A program made the position numbers and the translations under genes. The notes under the pieces were generated by a model. The model worked only from the letters and a program-made list of their open reading frames with translations, searched no databases and had not been told where the DNA came from. A DNA stretch of 64,000 bases from Frankiales bacterium (lineage in GTDB: Bacteria; Actinomycetota; Actinomycetes; Mycobacteriales; SCTD01): assembly GCA_025465465.1 (NCBI GenBank), contig JAODND010000045.1, positions 14,098 through 78,097 on the forward strand, read 5' to 3'. This document shows, piece by piece, positions 38,394 to 46,176 of this stretch (positions within the stretch are counted from its first letter, which is position 1; each line of letters opens with the position of its first letter).

Positions 38394-38951
38394 ACGCCGC
38401 GGCGGCTGCGCAGCGACCCAGGAAGTGCGAGGTGCAGCGATGACGAGAACGTGAGGGGCACGCCGCACCGGTGCCGGCACCGTCGGCAGCGCCAGCCGAC
38501 GTCCGAGCCGGAGCGCCTTCGCGCCGGCGCGCACGATCGCATCGGCGGTCCAGAGGCCCGCGTCGGCGCGACCGAGCAGCACGCTGGTGAGCACGACAGC
38601 AGCGCCGTGGCTCATCAGCATGGTCGGGGTGACCCCGACCAGCAGGTGCGGCACCCACGAGGCGCGGCCGGACGTGACGTCGGTGCACATCGCCTCGAGC
38701 AGCAGGTGTGTGACGACCTGCGCCGTGAGCACCCAGGCGGCGAACGCGGGAACCCGACGGCGCGACCCGAGGAGGGCGACCGCTGCGGGCCAGCAGACGC
38801 CCGCCGCCACGAGCAGCGCGAAGACGCTGTCGCAGCCGTCGACGAAGGAGTGGGCGATCGCCGCGCCGCCGACCGTCGGGACCGTGAGCACGGCCGCGCG
38901 CACCCCGCGCACCACACCGGAGTGCGGGTCGACGCGGAGGGAGTCGCTCAC
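38361..38951 (-). CDS. His-containing multi-TM leader protein with C-terminal RGPP motif
   Basis: Hydrophobic segments with AIAH, VVTH, MLMSH; ends AAQPPRRGPPVLLASAQ directly upstream of ycnI. Confidence 0.82.
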   Translation of the reverse strand: MSDSLRVDPHSGVVRGVRAAVLTVPTVGGAAIAHSFVDGCDSVFALLVAAGVCWPAAVALLGSRRRVPAFAAWVLTAQVVTHLLLEAMCTDVTSGRASWVPHLLVGVTPTMLMSHGAAVVLTSVLLGRADAGLWTADAIVRAGAKALRLGRRLALPTVPAPVRRAPHVLVIAAPRTSWVAAQPPRRGPPVLLASAQ

Positions 38952-39011
38952 GCCCCCATCGTGCCCGAGAATCGGTCGCGATGCAGCACGGGGTGCGCAA
39001 GAGTGCCGCTC

Positions 39012-39857
39012 GTGACCTGGACGACCCGACCGTGCACCCTCGACGACGCGGCTGCCGTGAGCGCGGTGTACACCGCTTTCGACACGGTTGAGTTCGGTGA
39101 GCAGACCTTCGACGAGGATGACGTGCGCACGATCCTGGGACAGGGCTACGAGTGCTGGGTCGCCCTCGAGGACGGCATCGTCGGATTCGCCTCGGTGCAC
39201 CGCGAGGGCGATGTCGAGACGCTCACGCTCCCGTCGTACGACCCTGCCCTGCGCGCGCAGCTGCTGGCCCTCGTCCTCGGACGCGCCCGCGAGCACGGAC
39301 TGGGCAAGGTGTCGCACTGGGCCGGGCTCGGTGGGCTCAGCGGGCCGTTCCTGGAGTCGCACGGCTTCCAGGACGCGAGCATCAGCTGGAAGCTGGTCCG
39401 CGTGCTGCCCGCACCCGAGCCGAGCTGGCCGGAGGGGATCGAGGTCCGGCCGTTCGTGCAGGAGCGTGACGCAGTCGCCGTATGGGAGTGCGTCACAGAG
39501 GGCTTCCGCGGCACCAGCTTCGGCCGCCCCCGGTCGTTCGAGGAGTGGTCGGAGGTGCACCTTCAGCACCTCATCGACGTCGTGTGCGCCTGGTGCGGCG
39601 GCGAGCTGGTCGGCGTCTCGACCCGCGGCACGCTGCTCGGGCAGGGGTATCTCGCGCAGTTGGCAGTGCTGCCCTCGCAGCGTGGTCTCGGGCTGGGCCG
39701 GGCGCTGCTTCTCGAGACCTTTGCGCGAGACACCGCAGACGGGCACCGGCTCACGTCGCTGTCGGTGGACGGCGACAACGACGGCGCCCGGCGGATCTAT
39801 GACAGCGTGGGCATGACGGTGGACTCTGAGATGCACCGGTGGGACCTCCACCTGTGA
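39012..39857 (+). CDS. Tandem-domain GNAT acetyltransferase
   Basis: LAVLPSQRGLGLGRALL, LSVDGDN.GARRIYDSVGM. Confidence 0.85.
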   Translation: MTWTTRPCTLDDAAAVSAVYTAFDTVEFGEQTFDEDDVRTILGQGYECWVALEDGIVGFASVHREGDVETLTLPSYDPALRAQLLALVLGRAREHGLGKVSHWAGLGGLSGPFLESHGFQDASISWKLVRVLPAPEPSWPEGIEVRPFVQERDAVAVWECVTEGFRGTSFGRPRSFEEWSEVHLQHLIDVVCAWCGGELVGVSTRGTLLGQGYLAQLAVLPSQRGLGLGRALLLETFARDTADGHRLTSLSVDGDNDGARRIYDSVGMTVDSEMHRWDLHL

Positions 39858-39869
39858 GCGGCGCGGGGC

Positions 39870-40706
39870 TCAGGCCGCCTCGTCGTCGAGCGGGGCGAGC
39901 TCTTCGGCGAGTCCTGCCCACGGCTTGTGCGGTCCGCCCGACGCGGCCATGCCCGTCGGGCAGACGCGCACGAAGTCGCACCAGCCGCACAGCGTCGAGG
40001 GACGGGCTGGGTAGTCGGTGGCGGCACTGATCTCGGCAGCGATGGCCTCGGCTCGACCGACATGCCGCTGCAGGGACTCCTCGCTGTGCTCCCAGCGGTG
40101 CACGGTGCCGGTGGGCAGGTGGTGCAACTCGACCACGGTGCAGCCGCCACGGAAGGTCCGCCGCACGCCGAGGGCGTAGAGCGCGAGGGCGAGCGACCCG
40201 CGGGCGTCGTCCTCGGACAGGACGGAACGTCCGGTCTTGTAGTCGACGACGACCAGCTCGTGACCGCGGTCGTCGACGCGGTCGATGCGGCCGCTCACCG
40301 CGAGGGTCGCGGTCTTGAAGGCCACGGTGCGCTCGATGCCACGCGGCTCGTGCTCCGGGTCGACCTCCTCGACGTACCTCGCGACCATGTCACCGGTGTA
40401 GCCCTTCCACCGGTCGGCCTGACCACCGTCGGAGAACCCGTCCGTGGACCAGGCATCGTGCAGCAGTCCACGCGCGGCCGACGGTGTGCGGCGGGGCAGC
40501 GGGAGGTCCCACCACCTCGCGAGCGCCAGGTGGGCGGCGGCGCCGACGCTGTTGTGCGCCCACCCTGGTCCCTTGGCCGGCGCCGGCCTGTCGAGGTAGG
40601 TGAACCGGTAGCGCCGCGGGCAGTCGAGCCAGGTCGTCAGCCGGGACGGCGTGCAGCTGAACAGCCGCGCCGGCATGCCCTCGAGACCCAGCTGCTCCAC
40701 GGTCAC
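39870..40706 (-). CDS. RecB-family PD-(D/E)XK exonuclease (stand-alone)
   Basis: TPSRL..WLDCPRRY, GRIDRVD, VVDYKTG, CGWCDFVRVC Fe-S Cys set. Confidence 0.9.
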   Translation of the reverse strand: MTVEQLGLEGMPARLFSCTPSRLTTWLDCPRRYRFTYLDRPAPAKGPGWAHNSVGAAAHLALARWWDLPLPRRTPSAARGLLHDAWSTDGFSDGGQADRWKGYTGDMVARYVEEVDPEHEPRGIERTVAFKTATLAVSGRIDRVDDRGHELVVVDYKTGRSVLSEDDARGSLALALYALGVRRTFRGGCTVVELHHLPTGTVHRWEHSEESLQRHVGRAEAIAAEISAATDYPARPSTLCGWCDFVRVCPTGMAASGGPHKPWAGLAEELAPLDDEAA

Positions 40707-40745
40707 ATCCTCGCGGACGGGGACGACAGACCGGGTCAGTGTGGG

Positions 40746-41366
40746 TCAGGGTGTGGACGCGGCGATGAAGCCCATCACGCTGTTCGCGAGCAGCTGCACC
40801 GCGATGGCCGAGAGCAGCAGACCGGCGATCCGGGTGAGCAGCACGATGCCCGACTCGCGGATGACCTTGGTGATGGTCACGCTGAAGAACAACGACAGGA
40901 ACACGAGCAGGTGCACAGCCACGATGCCGGCGCCGATCGCCACCCGGCCGCCGGTCGTGTGGTGCTGCTGGACGAAGACGATCGTGGCCACGATCGTGCC
41001 GGGGCCCGCGAGCAGCGGCGTGCCCAGCGGCACGAGGGCCACGCTGACGTCGTCGATCTCGCTCGGGTCGTCCTGCTTCCCGGTGAGCAGCTCGAGGGCG
41101 ACGATGGTGAGCAGCAGGCCACCGGCGCCCTGGAGCGCCGGGATGGTGATGCCCAGGTAGTTCAGGATCTGCTGCCCGAGCAGCGCAAAGACCGAGATGA
41201 CCGCCAGCGAGACGAGCACGGCCTGGCCGGCGAGCTTGCGGCGCTTCTTGTTGGACCGCCCGGCGGTGAGCGACAGGAACAGCGGGACGTTGCCGACGGG
41301 ATCCATGATGACCGTCAGGGTCACGAGCACGGTGCCGAAGACGGTGGCGTCGAAGTACTGGCTCAC
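40746..41366 (-). CDS. MarC family membrane protein
   Basis: VIMDPVGNVP, AGGLLL, VPLGTPLLAGPG, TRIAGLLLSAIAVQ. Confidence 0.93.
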   Translation of the reverse strand: MSQYFDATVFGTVLVTLTVIMDPVGNVPLFLSLTAGRSNKKRRKLAGQAVLVSLAVISVFALLGQQILNYLGITIPALQGAGGLLLTIVALELLTGKQDDPSEIDDVSVALVPLGTPLLAGPGTIVATIVFVQQHHTTGGRVAIGAGIVAVHLLVFLSLFFSVTITKVIRESGIVLLTRIAGLLLSAIAVQLLANSVMGFIAASTP

Positions 41367-42205
41367 AGCACGTCCACGCCGGTCGCTCGGGACGCGATCT
41401 CGTCGAGAACGCCTGGCGCGGTGGCGTTCTCACCCAGCCGCACCTGCTTGTTGCTGCCGTGGAAGTCGCTGGAGCCGGTCACGAGCAGGCCGAGCGAGCC
41501 GGCCATCGCGCGCAGCCGTTCGCGGGTCTCGGGTGTGTGGTCGACGTGATCGACCTCGAGGCCGCCGAGACCGGCCGCCGCCATCTCCTCGATGACGTCG
41601 TCTCCCACGGTGCGGCCCCGGCCGTCGGCGCCGGGGTGGGCAAAGACGGTGACGCCACCCGCTGCGTGGACGAGATGCATCGCGTCGATCACGTCGAGCT
41701 CGTGCTTGCCGGCCCAGTAGCGGCCGCGCGTCCCGATCCAGTCGGACGTGAAGGCTTCCTCGATCGTGGCGACGAGACCGCTGTCGATGAGAGCCCGCGC
41801 GATGTGCGGCCGCCCGACGGTGCCGTCGGCGTGTTCGCGGACCTGCTCCCAGCTGACGGGATGGCCGTCTGCAACCAGCATCGCGACCATCCGCTCGGCG
41901 CGGGACACCCGGCTGTCGCGAAGCACCCCCAGCTGCTCGGCCAGCGCGGCGTCATCGGGGTCGAAGAGATAGCCGAGCAGGTGCAGCGAGACCCCACCGC
42001 GACTGCAGGAGATCTCGGCACCCCGGACGAGGCGCAGACCGTCGGGCAGCGCGGCCGCTGCGGCGTCCCAGCCCTCCGTGGTGTCGTGGTCGGTGAGGGC
42101 GACCACCGCCAGGCCGGCCTCGGAGGCAGCACGGACCAGCGTCTCGGGCGGGGTGGTGCCGTCGGAGGCGGTGGAGTGCGTGTGGAGGTCGATCGAGCCG
42201 GGCAC
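41363..42205 (-). CDS. PHP domain phosphoesterase
   Basis: DLHTHSTASDG, ALTDHDT, GRPHIA, FAHP, TGSSDFHG. Confidence 0.94.
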   Translation of the reverse strand: MPGSIDLHTHSTASDGTTPPETLVRAASEAGLAVVALTDHDTTEGWDAAAAALPDGLRLVRGAEISCSRGGVSLHLLGYLFDPDDAALAEQLGVLRDSRVSRAERMVAMLVADGHPVSWEQVREHADGTVGRPHIARALIDSGLVATIEEAFTSDWIGTRGRYWAGKHELDVIDAMHLVHAAGGVTVFAHPGADGRGRTVGDDVIEEMAAAGLGGLEVDHVDHTPETRERLRAMAGSLGLLVTGSSDFHGSNKQVRLGENATAPGVLDEIASRATGVDVL

Positions 42206-42241
42206 GCGGCCAGGCTAGGTCACGTCAGCGACTCAGCGGAG

Positions 42242-42850
42242 TCAGTGGAGTCTCGGTGACGGCGCTCCGGCCGCGAGCGCGAGCTGGTCGCGCCGCAGGT
42301 CGTGCAGCTCGACGTGCTCGAGCAGCACGAGCTCGGCCGCGGGGGGCCAGAGCACCGCCCAGAGCCACACCCCGCTCGCCTCGCCGACGAACGCCACCCG
42401 GTCCGCAGCCGAGTCGCACCGCCACAGGGGGGTGGGGTGGTTGGCCGCCAGGATCTTGGCGTCAGGGGCGCCCTCCGCGCAGCTGCCCGGGTCGAGAGCC
42501 GGCAGGCCCGCCAGACCGGCGCCGAGGCCGACGCCTGGCTCCTCGCTGACGAGCAGCATGTCGGCCGGACCACCGAGGGGCGACGGACCCGACACGGCGA
42601 GCACGGTGGCGCTGGCACCCGTGCGCTCGTCGCCGCACCAGCCGACCCCTCCGACCGTCCACCCGGCGATGAGCAGCTGCGGAGACCACAGCGGCACGCG
42701 CGACGTCGCGGCCACCTTGGGGATGACATCTGCCGATCCGACGTACCAGGGCTGCACCTTGCCGTGGTCGGCGCAGGTCCAGTCGCTGGACATCAACCCC
42801 GGAGCGCGAAGAGCGCCGGAGCACCGTGGGCACCGTGGAGCGACGCTCAT
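42242..42850 (-). CDS. DUF6758-like conserved actinobacterial protein
   Basis: CPRC..C..HG, GPSPLGG, EEPGVGLGA, HPTPLW, GEASGVWLW; syntenic with PHP-MarC. Confidence 0.8.
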   Translation of the reverse strand: MSVAPRCPRCSGALRAPGLMSSDWTCADHGKVQPWYVGSADVIPKVAATSRVPLWSPQLLIAGWTVGGVGWCGDERTGASATVLAVSGPSPLGGPADMLLVSEEPGVGLGAGLAGLPALDPGSCAEGAPDAKILAANHPTPLWRCDSAADRVAFVGEASGVWLWAVLWPPAAELVLLEHVELHDLRRDQLALAAGAPSPRLH

Positions 42851-42898
42851 ACCCTGACGGTCCGCTCCCAGGAGCCCTGGGTCAAGAGCCCGGCGGTG

Positions 42899-43399
42899 CT
42901 ACTCCTGCAGCACCGGGCGACCGGGCTGCTCACCACCGCGCGCGTCGAGGTAGCTCTGCTTGGGCACCATGACCTTGCGACGGAAGATGCAGACGAGCAC
43001 ACCGTCCTGGTTGTAGCCCTTGGTCTCGACATAGACGATGCCGCGGTCGTCCTTGCTCTTGCTCTCGGTCTTGTCGAGGACCTCGGTCTGGCCATAGATG
43101 GTGTCGCCGTGAAACGTCGGGAAGACGTGCTTGAGCGACTCGACCTCGAGGTTGGCGATCGCCTTGCCGCTGACGTCGGCCACGGACATCCCGAGCAGCA
43201 GCGAATAGACGTAGTTGCCGACGACGACGTTCTTGCCCTGGGGAGTCGTCGCCGCATAGTTGGCATCCAGGTGCAGCGGGTGATGGTTCATCGTCAGCAG
43301 GCAGAACAGGTGGTCGTCGTACTCCGTGACGGTCTTGCCTGGCCAGTGCTTGTAGGTCGCCCCGACCTCGAACTCCTCGTAGCTGCGACCGAACTGCAC
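42899..43399 (-). CDS. MaoC-like dehydratase (mesaconyl-CoA hydratase-like)
   Basis: QFGRSYEEFEVG..HWPGKTVTEYDDHLFCLLTMNHHPLH, PTFHGDT; AGGAGG RBS. Confidence 0.88.
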   Translation of the reverse strand: MQFGRSYEEFEVGATYKHWPGKTVTEYDDHLFCLLTMNHHPLHLDANYAATTPQGKNVVVGNYVYSLLLGMSVADVSGKAIANLEVESLKHVFPTFHGDTIYGQTEVLDKTESKSKDDRGIVYVETKGYNQDGVLVCIFRRKVMVPKQSYLDARGGEQPGRPVLQE

Positions 43400-43486
43400 A
43401 ACTGCCTCCTGGTACGGCGGATCTGTTGCTGCCCAGTGTCGCAGCGTGATCGCCGTCACGACCGAGCCGGGTCTCGGGTCGAGCGC

Positions 43487-43729
43487 TCAAGACCTGGGGA
43501 GCTCCCACAGCTTCACGGCGTCGCCCGCGAATTCGTGGACGTAGCCACAGGAGGCACAGATCAGTCCCAACGCAGACTGGTTCGCCCAGCCGAGGTCAAG
43601 GAACTCCATGCCGCTGGTGTTGAGCTTGACCTCCTGGTCCCAGAACTGTCCGTGGCCGCAGACGAGGCAGACAAGCGCTCGGTCAGCGATCGTCGCGGTC
43701 ACCGGCTGCTTGCTCTTGAACAGTCCCAT
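43487..43729 (-). CDS. Small zinc-ribbon protein
   Basis: CLVCG..LNTSGMEFLDLGWAN..CASCGYVHEF. Confidence 0.8.
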   Translation of the reverse strand: MGLFKSKQPVTATIADRALVCLVCGHGQFWDQEVKLNTSGMEFLDLGWANQSALGLICASCGYVHEFAGDAVKLWELPRS

Positions 43730-43775
43730 GCCGGGTGAGTCTGCCGTGCGAGCCGAGTCTCGGCACGCACTTGCC

Positions 43776-44132
43776 TCAGCCGGTCTGGATGCTGACGTGC
43801 TCAGTGATCTGGTCCCCGGCGAACCTGAAGACGTCGATCCACTCGCTCCGGCTGGCCGACCCGGCGGACGTGACAGTGGCGGTCGTGAACACCGCGACAG
43901 CATCGTCCCGATCGGCGATCTGGTCGATGACCTGCCGGGTTTCGATCCCGCCGAGAGCCGACTGAAACCACTCGGCCACGCCTTCGGGACCGGTGACCGA
44001 CGCAGCATCGGTCACGTCGTTGGCGAGTATGTGCCACCGGCAGTCCGGTGCGAGGTAGGCCGTCGCGCGACGCCAGTCCTTCTCGTCGATGGCCAGGTAG
44101 AAGTCGCGCAGGAGCGCTGTCCGATCTGTCAT
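43776..44132 (-). CDS. SnoaL/NTF2-like protein
   Basis: FYLAIDEKDW..LAPDCRW, GPEGVAEWF, WIDVFRFAGDQITE. Confidence 0.82.
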   Translation of the reverse strand: MTDRTALLRDFYLAIDEKDWRRATAYLAPDCRWHILANDVTDAASVTGPEGVAEWFQSALGGIETRQVIDQIADRDDAVAVFTTATVTSAGSASRSEWIDVFRFAGDQITEHVSIQTG

Positions 44133-44139
44133 CACCGCA

Positions 44140-44499
44140 TCACGCAGCTCTCTTGCAGGCCGGTGTTCCCCCGGGAAGCGACATCCGATGGGCGGCGACC
44201 CAGTCGTAGAGGCGGGCGGCCGCCCACGAGACGCCAGGCGCGAGCAGCAGCCAGCCCACCGGCTGCCAGCCACGGCTCCCGAGCAGCAGCTGCGCGACCG
44301 CCTCGTGACCGCTGCGGTGCCCGCCGTCGTCCGACACCCACTGCAGCTTCTCCGTGCACTCCTCCGGGGTGAGGTCCAACGCCTCGAGATCCGCGTGCTG
44401 CCAAGGGATCACGGCATCCGCGTGGATGCGCAGCCGTGCCATCAGGCCCACCGAGGTCGTGCAGAAGCCGCAGTCGCCGTCGTACACGAGGGTGCTCAC
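44140..44499 (-). CDS. DCC1-like/DUF393 thiol-disulfide oxidoreductase
   Basis: LVYDGDCGFC, YDWVAAHRMSLPGGTPAC. Confidence 0.9.
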   Translation of the reverse strand: MSTLVYDGDCGFCTTSVGLMARLRIHADAVIPWQHADLEALDLTPEECTEKLQWVSDDGGHRSGHEAVAQLLLGSRGWQPVGWLLLAPGVSWAAARLYDWVAAHRMSLPGGTPACKRAA

Positions 44500-45518
44500 A
44501 CGTCTATCGTCGCACCGGTCCAGTGCACGGGCGGGCCGTGGCCGAGCGCGTCGGCGAGGTGGACGCGACGACCGGACGGGTAGGTCGTCGCGTGCACGCG
44601 GAAGGCATAGCTGCGCGGCTCGGGCTCGAGGCTGATCCTGACCAGCGAGTGCCCGACGTCGTGGAGCAGCTCGTCGACGGCCGTGCGCTCGGCAGGGTCG
44701 ACGTACTGCCAGACGACGCTGTGCCACACGACGGTCGTGACGTCGTCGCGGCCCTGGGCGAGCTCACGAGTGAGGAAGTCCAGGGCACCGGACTGCACGA
44801 CGGTCGCCGGCACGCGGGCTGCGATGTCGAGCGCGCCTCGCAACCGCTCGAGCCGTGCGACCTGATCGGCCCAGACATAGGAGGTCAGGGTCAGCCGTCC
44901 GTCCGCGGTCGTCGGGTCGACGGGGTTGGGGTCGCAGCCGCGCCGCTCGACGACCTGGACGTCGTGGCGCACGGGAGGCTCGTTGTCCCAGGGCTCCTCC
45001 AGGACGACCGCGCTCGACGGGTCGCCGAGCACGAGATCGCCTGTGACGTAGGCGAACCGGTCGCAGCGCAGGTTGAGGCCGGCCGAGGCCCCCACCTCGA
45101 GCAGCCGCACCGGGCCCGGGATCATCCCGAGCGCGCCGAAGAGCACGGCCGAGCGCCCGACCTCGTTGGTCTGCACGCTGTGCGTCATCCGCTCCTGCAG
45201 CTCCGGCAGGTGCTCCCGGCAGGCCCGGGCGGCGGCCGGCCACACCCGCTCGACGTGCGCGGTCCCGCCGACGCTCGGGTAGTGCAGCGCGAGCTCGGGC
45301 GCCTTGCCTTCGAGCACCAGCCGATGGAGGGCACCTGCGAAGCGCAGCGAAGGCACAGCGCCGGCGGGGAGGTCGAGCGATGGAGCCACCAGGTCGGCGA
45401 CGACGCCGCCCGCCCTCATGTCCCCGGCCGCACCCTCCAGCAGCGCCCCGGTCAGCGGGCTGCCCATGAGCCGGCACTGCTCGGCCTGCAGCAGCAGGCG
45501 GTCGACGAAGTCGTTCAC
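44496..45518 (-). CDS. DUF2332 family protein
   Basis: LRFAGALH, QTNEVGRSA, LLEVGASAGLNL, GCDPNP, SYVWADQ, WHSVVWQY. Confidence 0.9.
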   Translation of the reverse strand: MNDFVDRLLLQAEQCRLMGSPLTGALLEGAAGDMRAGGVVADLVAPSLDLPAGAVPSLRFAGALHRLVLEGKAPELALHYPSVGGTAHVERVWPAAARACREHLPELQERMTHSVQTNEVGRSAVLFGALGMIPGPVRLLEVGASAGLNLRCDRFAYVTGDLVLGDPSSAVVLEEPWDNEPPVRHDVQVVERRGCDPNPVDPTTADGRLTLTSYVWADQVARLERLRGALDIAARVPATVVQSGALDFLTRELAQGRDDVTTVVWHSVVWQYVDPAERTAVDELLHDVGHSLVRISLEPEPRSYAFRVHATTYPSGRRVHLADALGHGPPVHWTGATIDV

Positions 45519-46075
45519 GCCAGGTCGGCCTCGGGCCGCGACGGGTCGCGCAGGTCGCAGCCCTGGGCCAGCCAGCGCTCCTCGAGCGCGGTCGCCCCGT
45601 GGACCCGCTTCCAGGCCGCCTCGTTGGGGGTCATCGGCAGCAGCGGCAGGAACGTCACGTCCTCGGCATCGGGCACCAGGCCGCCGGGCTCACCGACGAG
45701 CACCGCTGTGAAGCGACTCCCGTCCCACAGCGGCTCCCCCAGGTCGAGGCCCGCCCCCGCGGTCAGCACGACTCCCTCGACCGCAGGGCTGGCCGCCACC
45801 GCCCCGAGCCGCCGGAGCACGGTGTCGTGGACGCCGCGGACGCTGAGCACGAGCTCCGCCCGCGGGCCTTCCGTGAGGAGTTCGGAGCTGCCGCTCATCG
45901 GGTGCCGGGACATGCCGAGGGTCGCGTACCGGACCAGCCCGTCCTGGTCCGGGCCGAACCTCAGGACGTCGATCGGGTCGGTGCCGAGAAAGGAGACGCT
46001 CGCGCGCCCGCTGTCGAGGCCGAGGACGCGCAGGAGATGTGCCTCGACGAGCACGAGCAGCTCGTCGGGGTCCAC
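45515..46075 (-). CDS. Suppressor-of-fused (SUFU) domain protein
   Basis: ASVSFLG..IDVLRFG, YATLGMS, PRAELVL, LAASPAVEG-like motif, EAAWKRVHG. Confidence 0.88.
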   Translation of the reverse strand: MDPDELLVLVEAHLLRVLGLDSGRASVSFLGTDPIDVLRFGPDQDGLVRYATLGMSRHPMSGSSELLTEGPRAELVLSVRGVHDTVLRRLGAVAASPAVEGVVLTAGAGLDLGEPLWDGSRFTAVLVGEPGGLVPDAEDVTFLPLLPMTPNEAAWKRVHGATALEERWLAQGCDLRDPSRPEADLA

Positions 46076-46096
46076 CCGGTCAACCTAGCGAGCACC

Positions 46097-46175
46097 CTTT
46101 CCTGCTCATGTTCGAGGTGGGCGGGCCAGGCCACGCTCAGGATGGGGCACTGCTGCTCATAGAGCAGCAGGGAAG
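46097..46175. repeat. 79-bp hairpin element copy 1 (REPIN/MITE-like)
   Basis: Ends CTTTCCTGCT...AGCAGGGAAG, central GCCACGCTCA. Confidence 0.65.
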
Positions 46176-46176
46176 G

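Noticed and set aside
42867-42885. CCCAGG-N3-CCTGGG dyad between TTGACC and the DUF6758 start, resembling a MerR operator
   Set aside because: The spacer is the normal 17 bp, the dyad is short and GC-rich, and no MerR gene is nearby.
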